A stretch of 64,000 nt of DNA from Coraliomargarita sp. Its GTDB lineage: Bacteria; Verrucomicrobiota; Verrucomicrobiia; Opitutales; Coraliomargaritaceae. Shown here piece after piece: positions 12,104-22,803 of this stretch (positions are counted from its first letter, which is position 1; each line of letters opens with the position of its first letter). The notes beneath the pieces are model-generated. The model saw nothing but the letters and a program-made list of their open reading frames with translations, was not told the origin of the DNA and searched no databases. The position numbers and the translations under genes were made by a program. Location of the stretch: positions 2,592,001 to 2,656,000 of the forward strand of contig OZ244160.1 in assembly GCA_965216325.1 (NCBI GenBank), read 5' to 3'.

Positions 12104-12131
12104 GTGCGCACCGAGACGGTGCTGCGCTACC
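12104..12131 (-). repeat. GTAG-type REP palindrome, family 2
   Basis: Reverse complement GGTAGCGCAGCACCGTCTCGGTGCGCAC is identical to 22289..22316. Confidence 0.8.
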
Positions 12132-12187
12132 AACTTTTCCGCGAATAGGCTTCTAACTTCCAACTTCTCCCTTCTAACTTCTTAAGC

Positions 12188-12865
12188 ATGAAAGCACGCA
12201 ACAAACTGGCCGAATCCACCACTCCTGACGGTGCGCCGATGGCGCTCTATGAGCATGACGGTCATTATTCGATCAGTTTTCAGGGGCAGGAACTGATGCA
12301 CTCGGATGCTTCGGCCTCTGAACTTCGTTTGGGGGAATTGGGCATTGAGCAATTGGATCCTGAGGGTGCCCCTCGCGTGTTGATTGGCGGACTCGGCTTA
12401 GGTTTTACGCTCCAGTCGACGCTGGCAGGACTTGGATCGGAGGCTCGGGTCGATGTCGCGGAGCTGGTGCCGAAGGTTGTCGAATGGAACCGTGAGTATT
12501 TACAGAGCTTGAATGGGGCACTTGTCGATGACCCGCGCGTGAATATGATTGTGGGCGACGCCGTTGCGTTGATTCGCAAAGCCCCCCCAAATACCTACGA
12601 CGCCTTGATTCTCGACGTAGACAATGGTCCGACGGGAATGGTAAAGCCCAGCAATAGCTCGCTCTATTCCGCCAAGGGACTCTATGCTGTCAAGACGGCG
12701 CTCAAGCCTGGTGGCCGCGTAGTCTTTTGGTCGGCAGGCGAAGACCAATATTTCAAAGCACGCCTCGGCCGAGTCGGCTTTCGCGTCGGTGTGGTTCCGG
12801 CCAAGGTCCACGAGCGTGCGAAACGTGCTGCTTACCGAATCTATATTGGGGATAAAAAGGGCTGA
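12188..12865 (+). CDS. Spermidine-synthase-like SAM-dependent methyltransferase
   Basis: VLIGGLGLGFT SAM motif; DALILDVDNGP. Confidence 0.8.
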   Translation: MKARNKLAESTTPDGAPMALYEHDGHYSISFQGQELMHSDASASELRLGELGIEQLDPEGAPRVLIGGLGLGFTLQSTLAGLGSEARVDVAELVPKVVEWNREYLQSLNGALVDDPRVNMIVGDAVALIRKAPPNTYDALILDVDNGPTGMVKPSNSSLYSAKGLYAVKTALKPGGRVVFWSAGEDQYFKARLGRVGFRVGVVPAKVHERAKRAAYRIYIGDKKG

Positions 12866-12866
12866 A

Positions 12867-12972
12867 GAACATCGAATAGTGAATTGTGAGCAGGACGATG
12901 ACAGCTCAACGCCTGATCGTCTTTAGAGAGCTTATTTAAGGTTCAATGTTCAGTGTTGAACGTTCGATGTTC
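12867..12972. repeat. Inverted GAACRTC-type heptamer arrays around a ~50-bp spacer
   Basis: gaacatc gaatagt gaattgt ... aaggttc aatgttc agtgttg aacgttc gatgttc. Confidence 0.7.
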
Positions 12973-12994
12973 AAGCTGCGGGCACCCGCAGCGC

Positions 12995-13573
12995 TTAGCC
13001 CCACTGAGGTGGGTTCTGTAGCTCGGGCTTGAGCACACCGATGCAAGGTAGTTGGCGGTAGCGCTCTGCGAAATCTAGGCCGTAGCCGACGACGAATTCA
13101 TCGGGAATCTCGAAGCCGACATAGTCCGCATTAAAGTTGATCTTGCGTGGTGTCTGTTTGTCGAGCAGCACGCAGGTCTTGAGGCTGGCGGGATTCATCT
13201 GCGCAATTACTTCAGTGATCTTTGCGAGAGTGTGACCGGTGTCGAGGACGTCATCAATGACGAGCACGTCGATGCCTTCGAGGTTGAGGCGGACGCGATC
13301 AATGATTTCCGGATCTTTGACTGGTTGGGTTTCGTCCCAGTAACTGGCTACCCGAATACAGTCGAGCTGTACGGGAAGGTTCATCTGCCGGATTAGATCC
13401 GCGACGAAGATGATGGCGCCGTTGATGATGGCGATGACTGCCAGTTCACGTCCATCGTAGTCTGCTGTGATCTGCGCGCCGAGTTCTTTGAGGCGGTGTT
13501 GGAGTTGTTCCTCGCTGACGAGGATGTTATCCAGATCTTCAGATGGGCAGGGCGTGTGGTCGTTGGGTGGCAT
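12995..13573 (-). CDS. hpt: Hypoxanthine phosphoribosyltransferase
   Basis: [18 protein letters not shown] motif; [14 protein letters not shown]. Confidence 0.95.
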   Translation of the reverse strand: MPPNDHTPCPSEDLDNILVSEEQLQHRLKELGAQITADYDGRELAVIAIINGAIIFVADLIRQMNLPVQLDCIRVASYWDETQPVKDPEIIDRVRLNLEGIDVLVIDDVLDTGHTLAKITEVIAQMNPASLKTCVLLDKQTPRKINFNADYVGFEIPDEFVVGYGLDFAERYRQLPCIGVLKPELQNPPQWG

Positions 13574-13753
13574 TCAGAGGTTTAGATGGCGTAAAAATGG
13601 TTTGGATTCAAGAGTAAGTTAAGCTGCATGGAGCTTCTTAATGGTCCGATCAGTTAACTGTCGGTCTTGTCGTCGCCTTGCTCCACGGAAGTAATCCTAC
13701 TCTGAATCTTACTCTACTCTGAATCGGGCTGATTAGGATTAAGGCTGATCGGC

Positions 13754-15115
<1,362 letters not shown>

Positions 15116-15139
15116 GGCAGGCACCCTAGGGGTGCCGGA

Positions 15140-15230
15140 GTGAAAGTGAAGGTGAAAGTGAGAGTGGTTTAGTCGTCGGACTGGAGGCAGTGATGGAAGT
15201 CACTTTTACCCTCACTCTCACCTGCACTCC
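15140..15230. repeat. Inverted hexamer arrays (GTGARR / CACYYY)
   Basis: gtgaaa gtgaag gtgaaa gtgaga ... cacttt taccct cactct cacctg cactcc. Confidence 0.65.
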
Positions 15231-15340
15231 GTTTTTTGACGCGAGCGCCGAAAAAACGGATGCTTTACAAGGCTGTCACAGTTGCTAGCGTCCCACGTTT
15301 GGATTTTTCCGCTCTGCGGGCCTGATTACACACGAATTTC

Positions 15341-16669
15341 ATGAAACAACGCACCATTCTTAGGGAGGTTTCCATCAAAGGGAAATCCTTGCACACTGGC
15401 GAAGAGGTCAATTTGACGCTGAAGCCGGCACCGGAAAATCACGGCATCGTGTTCAAGCGCATTGACCTTTACGGCAAGCCAGAGCTCAAGCCAGTCGTGG
15501 ATTTGGTGGAAGATCTGGTCCGCAGCACGACGATCGCTGACGGTCATGCCAAGGTGCATACGGTCGAGCACGTGCTCAGTGCGCTCAACGGCTGTGGCGT
15601 CGATAACGTCCTGATTGAAATGGATGCCAGCGAGCCGCCGATTTTGGACGGTTCTGCCAAGCACTTTGTTAATTTGGTCCAGCAGGCTGAGCCAGTTGAG
15701 CAAGACGCCGAGCGTGAGTATTTCGAGCTGGATGAGCCGATTTCGGTAACTCGTGGTAGCAGTTCCATCATTGCGCTGCCGCATGATGGTTTCCGTATTA
15801 CCTGCACCTCGGCCGATGACCGCGGCATCCACACCCAGCACCTAATGCTGGATATCGATCCGGAAACTTATGTGGCTCAGGTCGCACCGGCGCGCACATT
15901 CACGATTTACGAAGACATCGAGGAGCTGCTGAAGCTTGGCAAGATCAAGGGCGGTAGCCTCGACAGCGCGATCGTCATCAAGGGCGACAAGATCGTGTCC
16001 AAGGAGCCGCTACGCTTTAAGGACGAATTCGTGCGCCATAAGATGCTCGATATCGTTGGCGACATCGTCCTCGCAGGCATGCCAATCAAGGCTCACATCA
16101 TCGGTGTGCGTCCGGGGCACGCCCTGAACGCGGAGCTTTCCAAGAAGCTACGTCAGAAGATCCTTGAAAAGGCCAAGGGCAAGAAGGCGGCAGCGAAAAA
16201 GCCACTGCCAGTCGAGTCTCACGAGAAGACCATCGACATTCGTGGGGTGCTGAACCTGCTGCCACACCGCTATCCGTTCGTAATGATCGACCGCGTGGTG
16301 GAGATCGTCAGCGACGACGAGCTGGTTGCGCTCAAGAATGTGACCATCAACGAGCCGTATTTCCAAGGTCACTATCCGGGCCGCCCGGTGATGCCGGGAG
16401 TCTTGCAAGTCGAGGCAATGGCACAAGCCGCTGGTGTCCTCTTGCTGCGTAAGCTTCCAGCTGACGACAACAAGATTGCGTTCTTTATGAGCGTGGATAA
16501 GGTCAAGTTCCGGCAAGCGGTTGAGCCGGGTGACTCGATTGAAATTCGCGTCAAGCTCGTCAAGATTCGTGGTAACAAGATTGCCACTGCGACCGGTGAG
16601 TGTAAGGTAAATGGAAAGACCTGCTCCAGCGCAGAGCTGATGTTTATGTTGGCGGACGCGACCGATTAA
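15341..16669 (+). CDS. lpxC: Bifunctional LpxC / FabZ fusion
   Basis: TVEHVLSAL and EFVRHKMLD (LpxC); LPHRYPF and [22 protein letters not shown] (FabZ). Confidence 0.96.
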   Translation: MKQRTILREVSIKGKSLHTGEEVNLTLKPAPENHGIVFKRIDLYGKPELKPVVDLVEDLVRSTTIADGHAKVHTVEHVLSALNGCGVDNVLIEMDASEPPILDGSAKHFVNLVQQAEPVEQDAEREYFELDEPISVTRGSSSIIALPHDGFRITCTSADDRGIHTQHLMLDIDPETYVAQVAPARTFTIYEDIEELLKLGKIKGGSLDSAIVIKGDKIVSKEPLRFKDEFVRHKMLDIVGDIVLAGMPIKAHIIGVRPGHALNAELSKKLRQKILEKAKGKKAAAKKPLPVESHEKTIDIRGVLNLLPHRYPFVMIDRVVEIVSDDELVALKNVTINEPYFQGHYPGRPVMPGVLQVEAMAQAAGVLLLRKLPADDNKIAFFMSVDKVKFRQAVEPGDSIEIRVKLVKIRGNKIATATGECKVNGKTCSSAELMFMLADATD

Positions 16670-16688
16670 TTTTATCTACTTTCGAGTC

Positions 16689-17465
16689 ATGGCTACAGAG
16701 ATCCACCCCACCGCGATTATTGAATCGGGTGCCGAATTGGACGATGGTGTCGTTGTCGGCCCCTACGCCTACATCGGCGCGCATGTAAAGATCGCCAAAG
16801 GCACAGAGGTGATGCACCACGCGACTGTTGATGGTGCGACCACGATGGGCACGGACAACGAAGTCCACCCGTATGCGTATGTCGGTGGTAAGACACACGA
16901 TCTGAAGTATCAGGGCGGCATTCAGCGTTTGGAGATCGGTAACAGCAATGTTTTCCGCGAGTTCACCACGATTCACTGTGCGACTCACGATGATACACTG
17001 ACTAAGCTTGGGGACAACAACCTTATTCTTTCCTATAGTCACGTGGCACACGAGTGCATCATCGGCAACCACTTGATCATGAGCAGCCATGCGGCGCTTG
17101 GTGGTCACGTTGAAGTGGGCAACCACGTCAATGTTGGCTGGGGCGCAGGTGTGCACCAATTCTGCCGTTTGGGTGACCACGCGATGGTTGGTGCGGCGTC
17201 CAAGGTGGTGCAAGATGTACCGCCATTTATGATCAGTGATGGCAACCCCGCAGCAGCGCGCACGATCAACAAGGTGGGCCTTGAGCGTTCCGGTTACAGC
17301 AAAGATGAGATCGCGCTCGCGCGACGTGTCTTTAAAGCCTTCTACAAGGATGGGCTGAATCGCACGCAAGCGATCGATGCTCTCAGGGAGTCGACCGACA
17401 TCGAACACCGTGTGGTGAAAACCTTCTTGGACTTCACCGCGGGTAGTCAGCGTGGGCTGAGCTAA
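16689..17465 (+). CDS. lpxA: UDP-N-acetylglucosamine O-acyltransferase
   Basis: IHPTAII hexapeptide repeats, [20 protein letters not shown] and NKVGLER motifs. Confidence 0.96.
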   Translation: MATEIHPTAIIESGAELDDGVVVGPYAYIGAHVKIAKGTEVMHHATVDGATTMGTDNEVHPYAYVGGKTHDLKYQGGIQRLEIGNSNVFREFTTIHCATHDDTLTKLGDNNLILSYSHVAHECIIGNHLIMSSHAALGGHVEVGNHVNVGWGAGVHQFCRLGDHAMVGAASKVVQDVPPFMISDGNPAAARTINKVGLERSGYSKDEIALARRVFKAFYKDGLNRTQAIDALRESTDIEHRVVKTFLDFTAGSQRGLS

Positions 17466-17548
17466 TGCTGTGCTCGGTGCGCACTAATAGCTGATCCAGT
17501 GTCGCAACATAAGTAGCCGTCTTCCGATCTAAGGCTAGAATCGGAAGT

Positions 17549-17938
17549 ATGAAACCAGGTCTAAAAAATCCACTGCTCAGAGTGACGAATCTGTTGCTCT
17601 ACCTATCGTTCTGCGGACTCGTTGGCACGGGCGCCTTACTCACATGGAAGCTCGTTCCGGGCTCACGCGGCGGCCATGGCCTGCGTGTCTTTGAGATGAG
17701 TCGGCATGAGTGGGGAGATATTCACTTTTGGTGTGGTGTTGTGATGCTCGCCGCAACGGTGGTGCACATGTTGCTGAATTGGGCATGGCTCAAGAAGATC
17801 GCGACCTCTGGGCACATGTGGCGTTTAGTGCTTGGGCTGGCGTTTGGCCTAGCGATCATTCTGGGCATCTATTTTGCGCCGATGACGGATGCTTCAGGCA
17901 AGGAGCATGTCCACGAAGTAGAGGAACATGGGCATTAA
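17549..17938 (+). CDS. DUF4405-like membrane protein with a His-rich tail
   Basis: Three hydrophobic segments; W..IH.W.G and H..LNW.W pattern; C-terminal HVHEVEEHGH. Confidence 0.65.
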   Translation: MKPGLKNPLLRVTNLLLYLSFCGLVGTGALLTWKLVPGSRGGHGLRVFEMSRHEWGDIHFWCGVVMLAATVVHMLLNWAWLKKIATSGHMWRLVLGLAFGLAIILGIYFAPMTDASGKEHVHEVEEHGH

Positions 17939-18039
17939 GTGGCGCTTCCGGGAGGGGGGCGATGTGCACAATTCAGCTCGGTCTTGGCATCTGATGCAGA
18001 ATCTGCTTTATTAACTAGCGTTGGAGAAAATCCAATCGA

Positions 18040-20280
18040 ATGAAACAGACAGACGACCAATCAAAGTGGATTGAGGTGCTTGCCGATTTCCTCAAGCGAA
18101 CGCCTGCGGTGGAGGCCGTGCGTCTCAACGAAGACCAACGCTCGCTGGAGATTGCAACGCTCGGTGAGGTGGATTTACAGGCCTTGAGGGATCAGCTCGT
18201 TGAGACCCTCAATCAAGTTTCGCAGCAAGCCACTGGTGAGGGCAGTCCGAGGGCGGAGCCGGGCTGGACCCTTCGCTCCGAGGAGGATGGCTCCTTTGAG
18301 TTACAACGTCCAACGTGCTTGACCGCCCCGCGCTTATGGCGGTGGCGTCGGATTGATTGGCCAGACGATGCACCGGAGGCGGAAGAACATGATGACTGGC
18401 GTGTGCTTGCTGGCCTTGCGGGCTTATGTGCATTGTTTGGAATTGCTGGTTGGGTCTTAAGTTCGGTCGCGGAGATACCCCTGTGGCTGCCAGTTGTGCT
18501 GTATGCAGTCTCTATGCTGGCGGGCGGATGGGATGCGATTGGCGATGTCAAAGAAGGCCTGCCGAAAGGGGAGTTGGACATCCATTTTCTGATGCTCGCA
18601 GTTGCGATTGGCGCGGCTTCGATCGGTGCTTGGGCTGAGGGTGCGCTCCTGCTTTTCCTGTTTTCGTTTTCGGCTGCCTTGGAGGCCTTTGCGATGCATC
18701 GTACGCGCAGCGAAATTGAAACATTGTTTAGTGCGGCACCGAAACAAGCACTCATCGTCGATAGTGCAGGTGAAGAGGTCGACACGCCAGTGGATCAGGT
18801 TGCTCAGGGAATGACCGTTCGCATTAAGCCCGGAAATCAATTCCCGGTAGATGCGGTGGTCCTGAGTGGTCAGAGTGCTGCGGATGAATCGAACCTGACC
18901 GGTGAGGCCAATCCTGTGGAGAAGCTCGTCGGTGATGAAGTCTATGCTGGCACGGTTAACCTCTGGGGCACCGTGGACACACGCGTGCTGCGTCCAGCCA
19001 GTGAGAGCTCGCTGAGTAAGATCATTCGCCTCATCAAGGAGGCCCAGCACTTGAAGGCGCCCAGTCAGCGTTTCACGGATCGTTTTGGAACCGGCTATAC
19101 CATTGGTATTCTGAGTCTGACTGCGGCCATGTTCCTTATCTGGTGGCTGGGCTTTGGGATTCAGCCATTCACCAACTCAGAGATGGGCTTTTCTGCCTTC
19201 TACCGTGCTATGACGCTCTTGGTGGTAGCGAGCCCTTGTGCCTTGGTTCTGTCGATTCCGTCTGCGATTTTGGCGGCGATTGCATGGGGCGCGCGTCATG
19301 GAGTGCTGTTTCGCGGAGGAGCGGCGATTGAAAAATTAGCGCATGTCGACTTGGTCGCGTTGGATAAAACAGGCACACTGACAACTGGTGAGATGGAGGT
19401 TGCGAAAGTGGAAAGCTTTCCTCCTGGACGGGAACGCGAGGCGACCGAACTCGCTTATTCGTTAGAGGCGCATGGAACGCACCCGATCGGGCGCGCCATC
19501 AAGAAGTATGGTCAATCCTTGGGCTTGAGTCCGCGTGAGATCAAGGACTTCCGAGCGATGTCCGGTAAGGGCCTGCAAGGTCGCGATGGTGATACGCTCT
19601 GTTTGTTGGGGCGGCGTGAGTTATTGGAGAGTGGTCCGCTGGCAGAATGGGCGCGCTCTTTGCCGGAGCCTGAACCTGAGTATACCGAGAACTGGGTGAT
19701 TAAGGACGACTTGATTGGTCGTATCTTGTTGCGAGATCAAATACGCGAGGAATCCAAGCCGATTCTCGAGCGGTTGAAGCGACTGGGCCTGCGCTGTGTC
19801 ATGCTGACGGGCGACCGTCGCGGCTCCGCTGAATCCGTGGGGCTTGAGCTCGGGGTTGACGAAATTAAGTCGGGCCTGACTCCAGAGGATAAGGTTGCGG
19901 CAATTAGATCGTATTCTGAATCTGGATACAAAGTTGCGATGGTTGGCGACGGCGTGAACGACGCTCCGAGTCTGGCTGCTGCCTATGTTTCGGTTGGAAT
20001 GGGGGCGCGTGGAAGTGACGCTGCTTTAGAGCAAAGCGAGGTTGTTTTGATGAATGATCGAATTGATCACTTCCTCAGTGCGATTGAATTGAGCTCGCGG
20101 GCACGGACTGTGATCAGGCAGAACCTAGTCATCGCACTTGGGACGGTTGTGCTCATGGCCTTGGCTGCGATTCTGGGGTGGATCCCACTGAGTGTCGGTG
20201 TATTTGCTCACGAAGGCAGCACGGTCCTCGTCTGTATGAACAGTTTGCGCTTATTGTTCGCGCGTGGATCAAGGGACTGA
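18040..20280 (+). CDS. Heavy-metal-translocating P1B-type ATPase (SPC motif, P1B-4-like)
   Basis: LTGE, ASPCAL, DKTGTLT, HP, MLTGD, GDGVNDAP and HEG motifs. Confidence 0.93.
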   Translation: MKQTDDQSKWIEVLADFLKRTPAVEAVRLNEDQRSLEIATLGEVDLQALRDQLVETLNQVSQQATGEGSPRAEPGWTLRSEEDGSFELQRPTCLTAPRLWRWRRIDWPDDAPEAEEHDDWRVLAGLAGLCALFGIAGWVLSSVAEIPLWLPVVLYAVSMLAGGWDAIGDVKEGLPKGELDIHFLMLAVAIGAASIGAWAEGALLLFLFSFSAALEAFAMHRTRSEIETLFSAAPKQALIVDSAGEEVDTPVDQVAQGMTVRIKPGNQFPVDAVVLSGQSAADESNLTGEANPVEKLVGDEVYAGTVNLWGTVDTRVLRPASESSLSKIIRLIKEAQHLKAPSQRFTDRFGTGYTIGILSLTAAMFLIWWLGFGIQPFTNSEMGFSAFYRAMTLLVVASPCALVLSIPSAILAAIAWGARHGVLFRGGAAIEKLAHVDLVALDKTGTLTTGEMEVAKVESFPPGREREATELAYSLEAHGTHPIGRAIKKYGQSLGLSPREIKDFRAMSGKGLQGRDGDTLCLLGRRELLESGPLAEWARSLPEPEPEYTENWVIKDDLIGRILLRDQIREESKPILERLKRLGLRCVMLTGDRRGSAESVGLELGVDEIKSGLTPEDKVAAIRSYSESGYKVAMVGDGVNDAPSLAAAYVSVGMGARGSDAALEQSEVVLMNDRIDHFLSAIELSSRARTVIRQNLVIALGTVVLMALAAILGWIPLSVGVFAHEGSTVLVCMNSLRLLFARGSRD

Positions 20281-20335
20281 TCGTTGCGCTAACCAGCTTT
20301 GCGAGTGCGTAGTCTCTGCGCTGCAGGTGCTGGCG

Positions 20336-20884
20336 CTAAGCCGCGTGTTCGATACTTGCGGCTAGGTTTTGCACCGCAAAGGCATGCTTTGCCAGAGCAC
20401 TGGTCTCGGTAATGCCTTCTGTTTGCTCGAGCATCGATACGAGCACGAATTGTCGATCATTGAGGTAGATCGGCATGGTGAAGATGATCAGCTGGAGTGG
20501 GGTGTCAGAGCCCTCTTGTTCGATGGTGCATTGTTGCACGTCGACTTTGCCTTTGAGGCTGTTGAGCACCGCATTCACGCCGCCACATAGCTGGCAATTG
20601 ATCGATGTGCCGCAGCCGCCGGAACCTTCGTCCGCATGCACACATTTGAGTGCTTCTCCGGGGCGCATTGCATAGAGTTCTGCAGGATCTTTAGTTCCAA
20701 GCATTTCAATGCAGGCTGTGTTGGCATACACGATTTGTCGTTGTGGATTGAGTAACATGACCAACTTGCTGGTCTGCTTTACTTGCTCCTGTAGGGCAGG
20801 ATTCTCCATCAGCGTGCACATCTGCGCATGCAACTCATCCCAAGTTGCGCGTTCTGCTGGGGCATGTTCGGTGCGTTCGTCCAT
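20336..20884 (-). CDS. Stand-alone PAS-like domain protein with a four-Cys motif
   Basis: RQIVYAN, then PGEALKCVH..GGCGTSINCQLC. Confidence 0.6.
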   Translation of the reverse strand: MDERTEHAPAERATWDELHAQMCTLMENPALQEQVKQTSKLVMLLNPQRQIVYANTACIEMLGTKDPAELYAMRPGEALKCVHADEGSGGCGTSINCQLCGGVNAVLNSLKGKVDVQQCTIEQEGSDTPLQLIIFTMPIYLNDRQFVLVSMLEQTEGITETSALAKHAFAVQNLAASIEHAA

Positions 20885-20946
20885 CCTATGGTTAACGGAC
20901 TTTAACCAAGTAAGCGGACTTGTCCATCGTTTATACTTTTACCGGT

Positions 20947-22158
20947 CTACGGTATTAGCATACCTGCGATGGCTGCGCTGGAGAAATTGGCGAGACTGCC
21001 CGCGAGCACGGCCTTGAGCCCGAGTTGCGCGATCTGACTGCGGCGTTCGGGGACTAGGCTGCCGAGGCCACCCAGCAGAATCGCGATGGAGGAGAAGTTG
21101 GCAAAGCCGCACAGAGCGAAGGTGAGGATTGCTTGAGTGCGTGTGCTGAGTGAGTCAGAGACTTGCGTAAACTCGGCAAAGGCGACGAATTCATTGAGCA
21201 CGAGCTTCTGGCCAATAAAAGAGCCACCCATGCTTGCTTGGTCCCAAGGAATGCCGATCAGCCAGGCGATCGGACTGAAGGCATAGCCCAGTAGCAATTG
21301 AAGGCTCAGTGTATCATTGCCAAACCAGGTTCCGATCCAGCCGAGTAAGCCATTGATGAGTGCGATCAAACCGACGAATGCGATGAGCATCGCACCGACA
21401 TTGAGTGCGAGTCGCAGGCCATCACCTGCGCCATGTGCTGCTGCGTCGAAGACATTGACCGGTGCGCCTTCTTTGTCTTCCGCGAGCTTGCTGTTATCTG
21501 GAGAGGCGGTTTCCGGTATGAGTAACTTTGCAAACAGCAAACCCGATGGAGCGGCCATGAAACAGGCCGCGATTAGATATTCGAGTTTCACCCCCATGGC
21601 TGCGTAGCCCGCCATGACACTGCCAGCGATTGAGGCAAGGCCACCGACCATCACGGCGAAAAACTCAGACTGAGTCATTCGTGGCAAGTAGGGCTTAATT
21701 GCTAAGGGGGCTTCCGTCTGTCCCACAAAAATGTTGGCAGTTGCGCTGAGCGATTCGGCGCGACTGGTGCCGAGCAGTTTGCGAATGGCACCGCCAATGA
21801 TCGACACGATCAACGGCATGACTCGGAGATAGTAGAGCACCGAGATCAGCGAAGAGAAGAAGACGATGACCGGCAGCACCTTAAAGGCAAAGATGAAGCC
21901 GAGACTGGATCCAGAGTTACTGAGATCGCCGAAGAGAAATTCAATGCCGTCGTCACCAAAGCCAATGATTGCGGCGACGAGTTCGGAGAGTTTGCCGAGG
22001 GCCATCTTGCCGACGGGCACGAACAGCACCAGTGCGCCGAAGCTAAATTGAATCGCAATGGCAGCTGCAATGGTTCGCCAGTTGATATCCTTGCGAGACG
22101 ATGAGCAAAGCCACGCAAAGGCGACCAGTGCACAATATCCCAGTAGGCTGATGAACAT
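20947..22158 (-). CDS. NupC/CNT-family nucleoside transporter
   Basis: [33 protein letters not shown] and FALCGFAN motifs. Confidence 0.94.
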   Translation of the reverse strand: MFISLLGYCALVAFAWLCSSSRKDINWRTIAAAIAIQFSFGALVLFVPVGKMALGKLSELVAAIIGFGDDGIEFLFGDLSNSGSSLGFIFAFKVLPVIVFFSSLISVLYYLRVMPLIVSIIGGAIRKLLGTSRAESLSATANIFVGQTEAPLAIKPYLPRMTQSEFFAVMVGGLASIAGSVMAGYAAMGVKLEYLIAACFMAAPSGLLFAKLLIPETASPDNSKLAEDKEGAPVNVFDAAAHGAGDGLRLALNVGAMLIAFVGLIALINGLLGWIGTWFGNDTLSLQLLLGYAFSPIAWLIGIPWDQASMGGSFIGQKLVLNEFVAFAEFTQVSDSLSTRTQAILTFALCGFANFSSIAILLGGLGSLVPERRSQIAQLGLKAVLAGSLANFSSAAIAGMLIP

Positions 22159-22210
22159 GCTGCGCAGTGTGTCGCCTTACGATGGGAATGCAAGTCACAT
22201 GAGATTGCGA

Positions 22211-22790
22211 CTTGTAGGAGCGGTGAGCGCTATGACTTGAATGCTGTAGCGATTAATCTACAGAGCCAGATAGGGCTTAGCTTTGATTGGTAGCGCAGCA
22301 CCGTCTCGGTGCGCACCACGTTGTGAAAGTATAAATGTCAGGCCTCGAATGCGGTGCCATTTCGACAGGCTCAAGGCCCTGAGTTTATCGAAGGGCGAGA
22401 CGCACTGAATGTTACTACCTTAAGGCAAATTTAAGAATTCTCAGAGACAAATAGCACCTCCCCAGCCATGGGGAGGTGCCTGCGCAAGCAGACGGAGGGG
22501 TATGACCGAAGAAAGGCCTATAATACCAGTCTTCAATTATTTCTGGTAGGACGAATGCTATTGTTGGGTAGGGAGGCATGCCCTCATGCCTATGAAAGTC
22601 GGAGGGGACCTCCCTACCTTTTTAAGGGGAAAAGTTACAGTATGGTATAACACAGCAACCAACCACCTCCCCCTTCGACAAGCTCAGGGGACTCCTCCTA
22701 ACCAAGGAAGAGAGTTTTAAACAGTCTATACCGCAATAGAACATCCAGCCCATAATTATCCTTAAGGTAGTGCCATTCGAGACGCACCTG
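22211..22790. repeat. Mosaic of several REP-like palindrome families
   Basis: GTAG-initiated hairpins (22289, 22568), CCTCCCCAGCCATGGGGAGG, TTCGACARGCTCA modules, and a 12-bp IR ACTACCTTAAGG (22414-22425 / 22760-22771). Confidence 0.75.
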
Positions 22791-22803
22791 CGCTGTTGCC
22801 TGT

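Noticed and set aside
15341..16669. LpxC-FabZ fusion as a novelty
   Set aside because: The fusion is already known from Bacteroidota and other lineages
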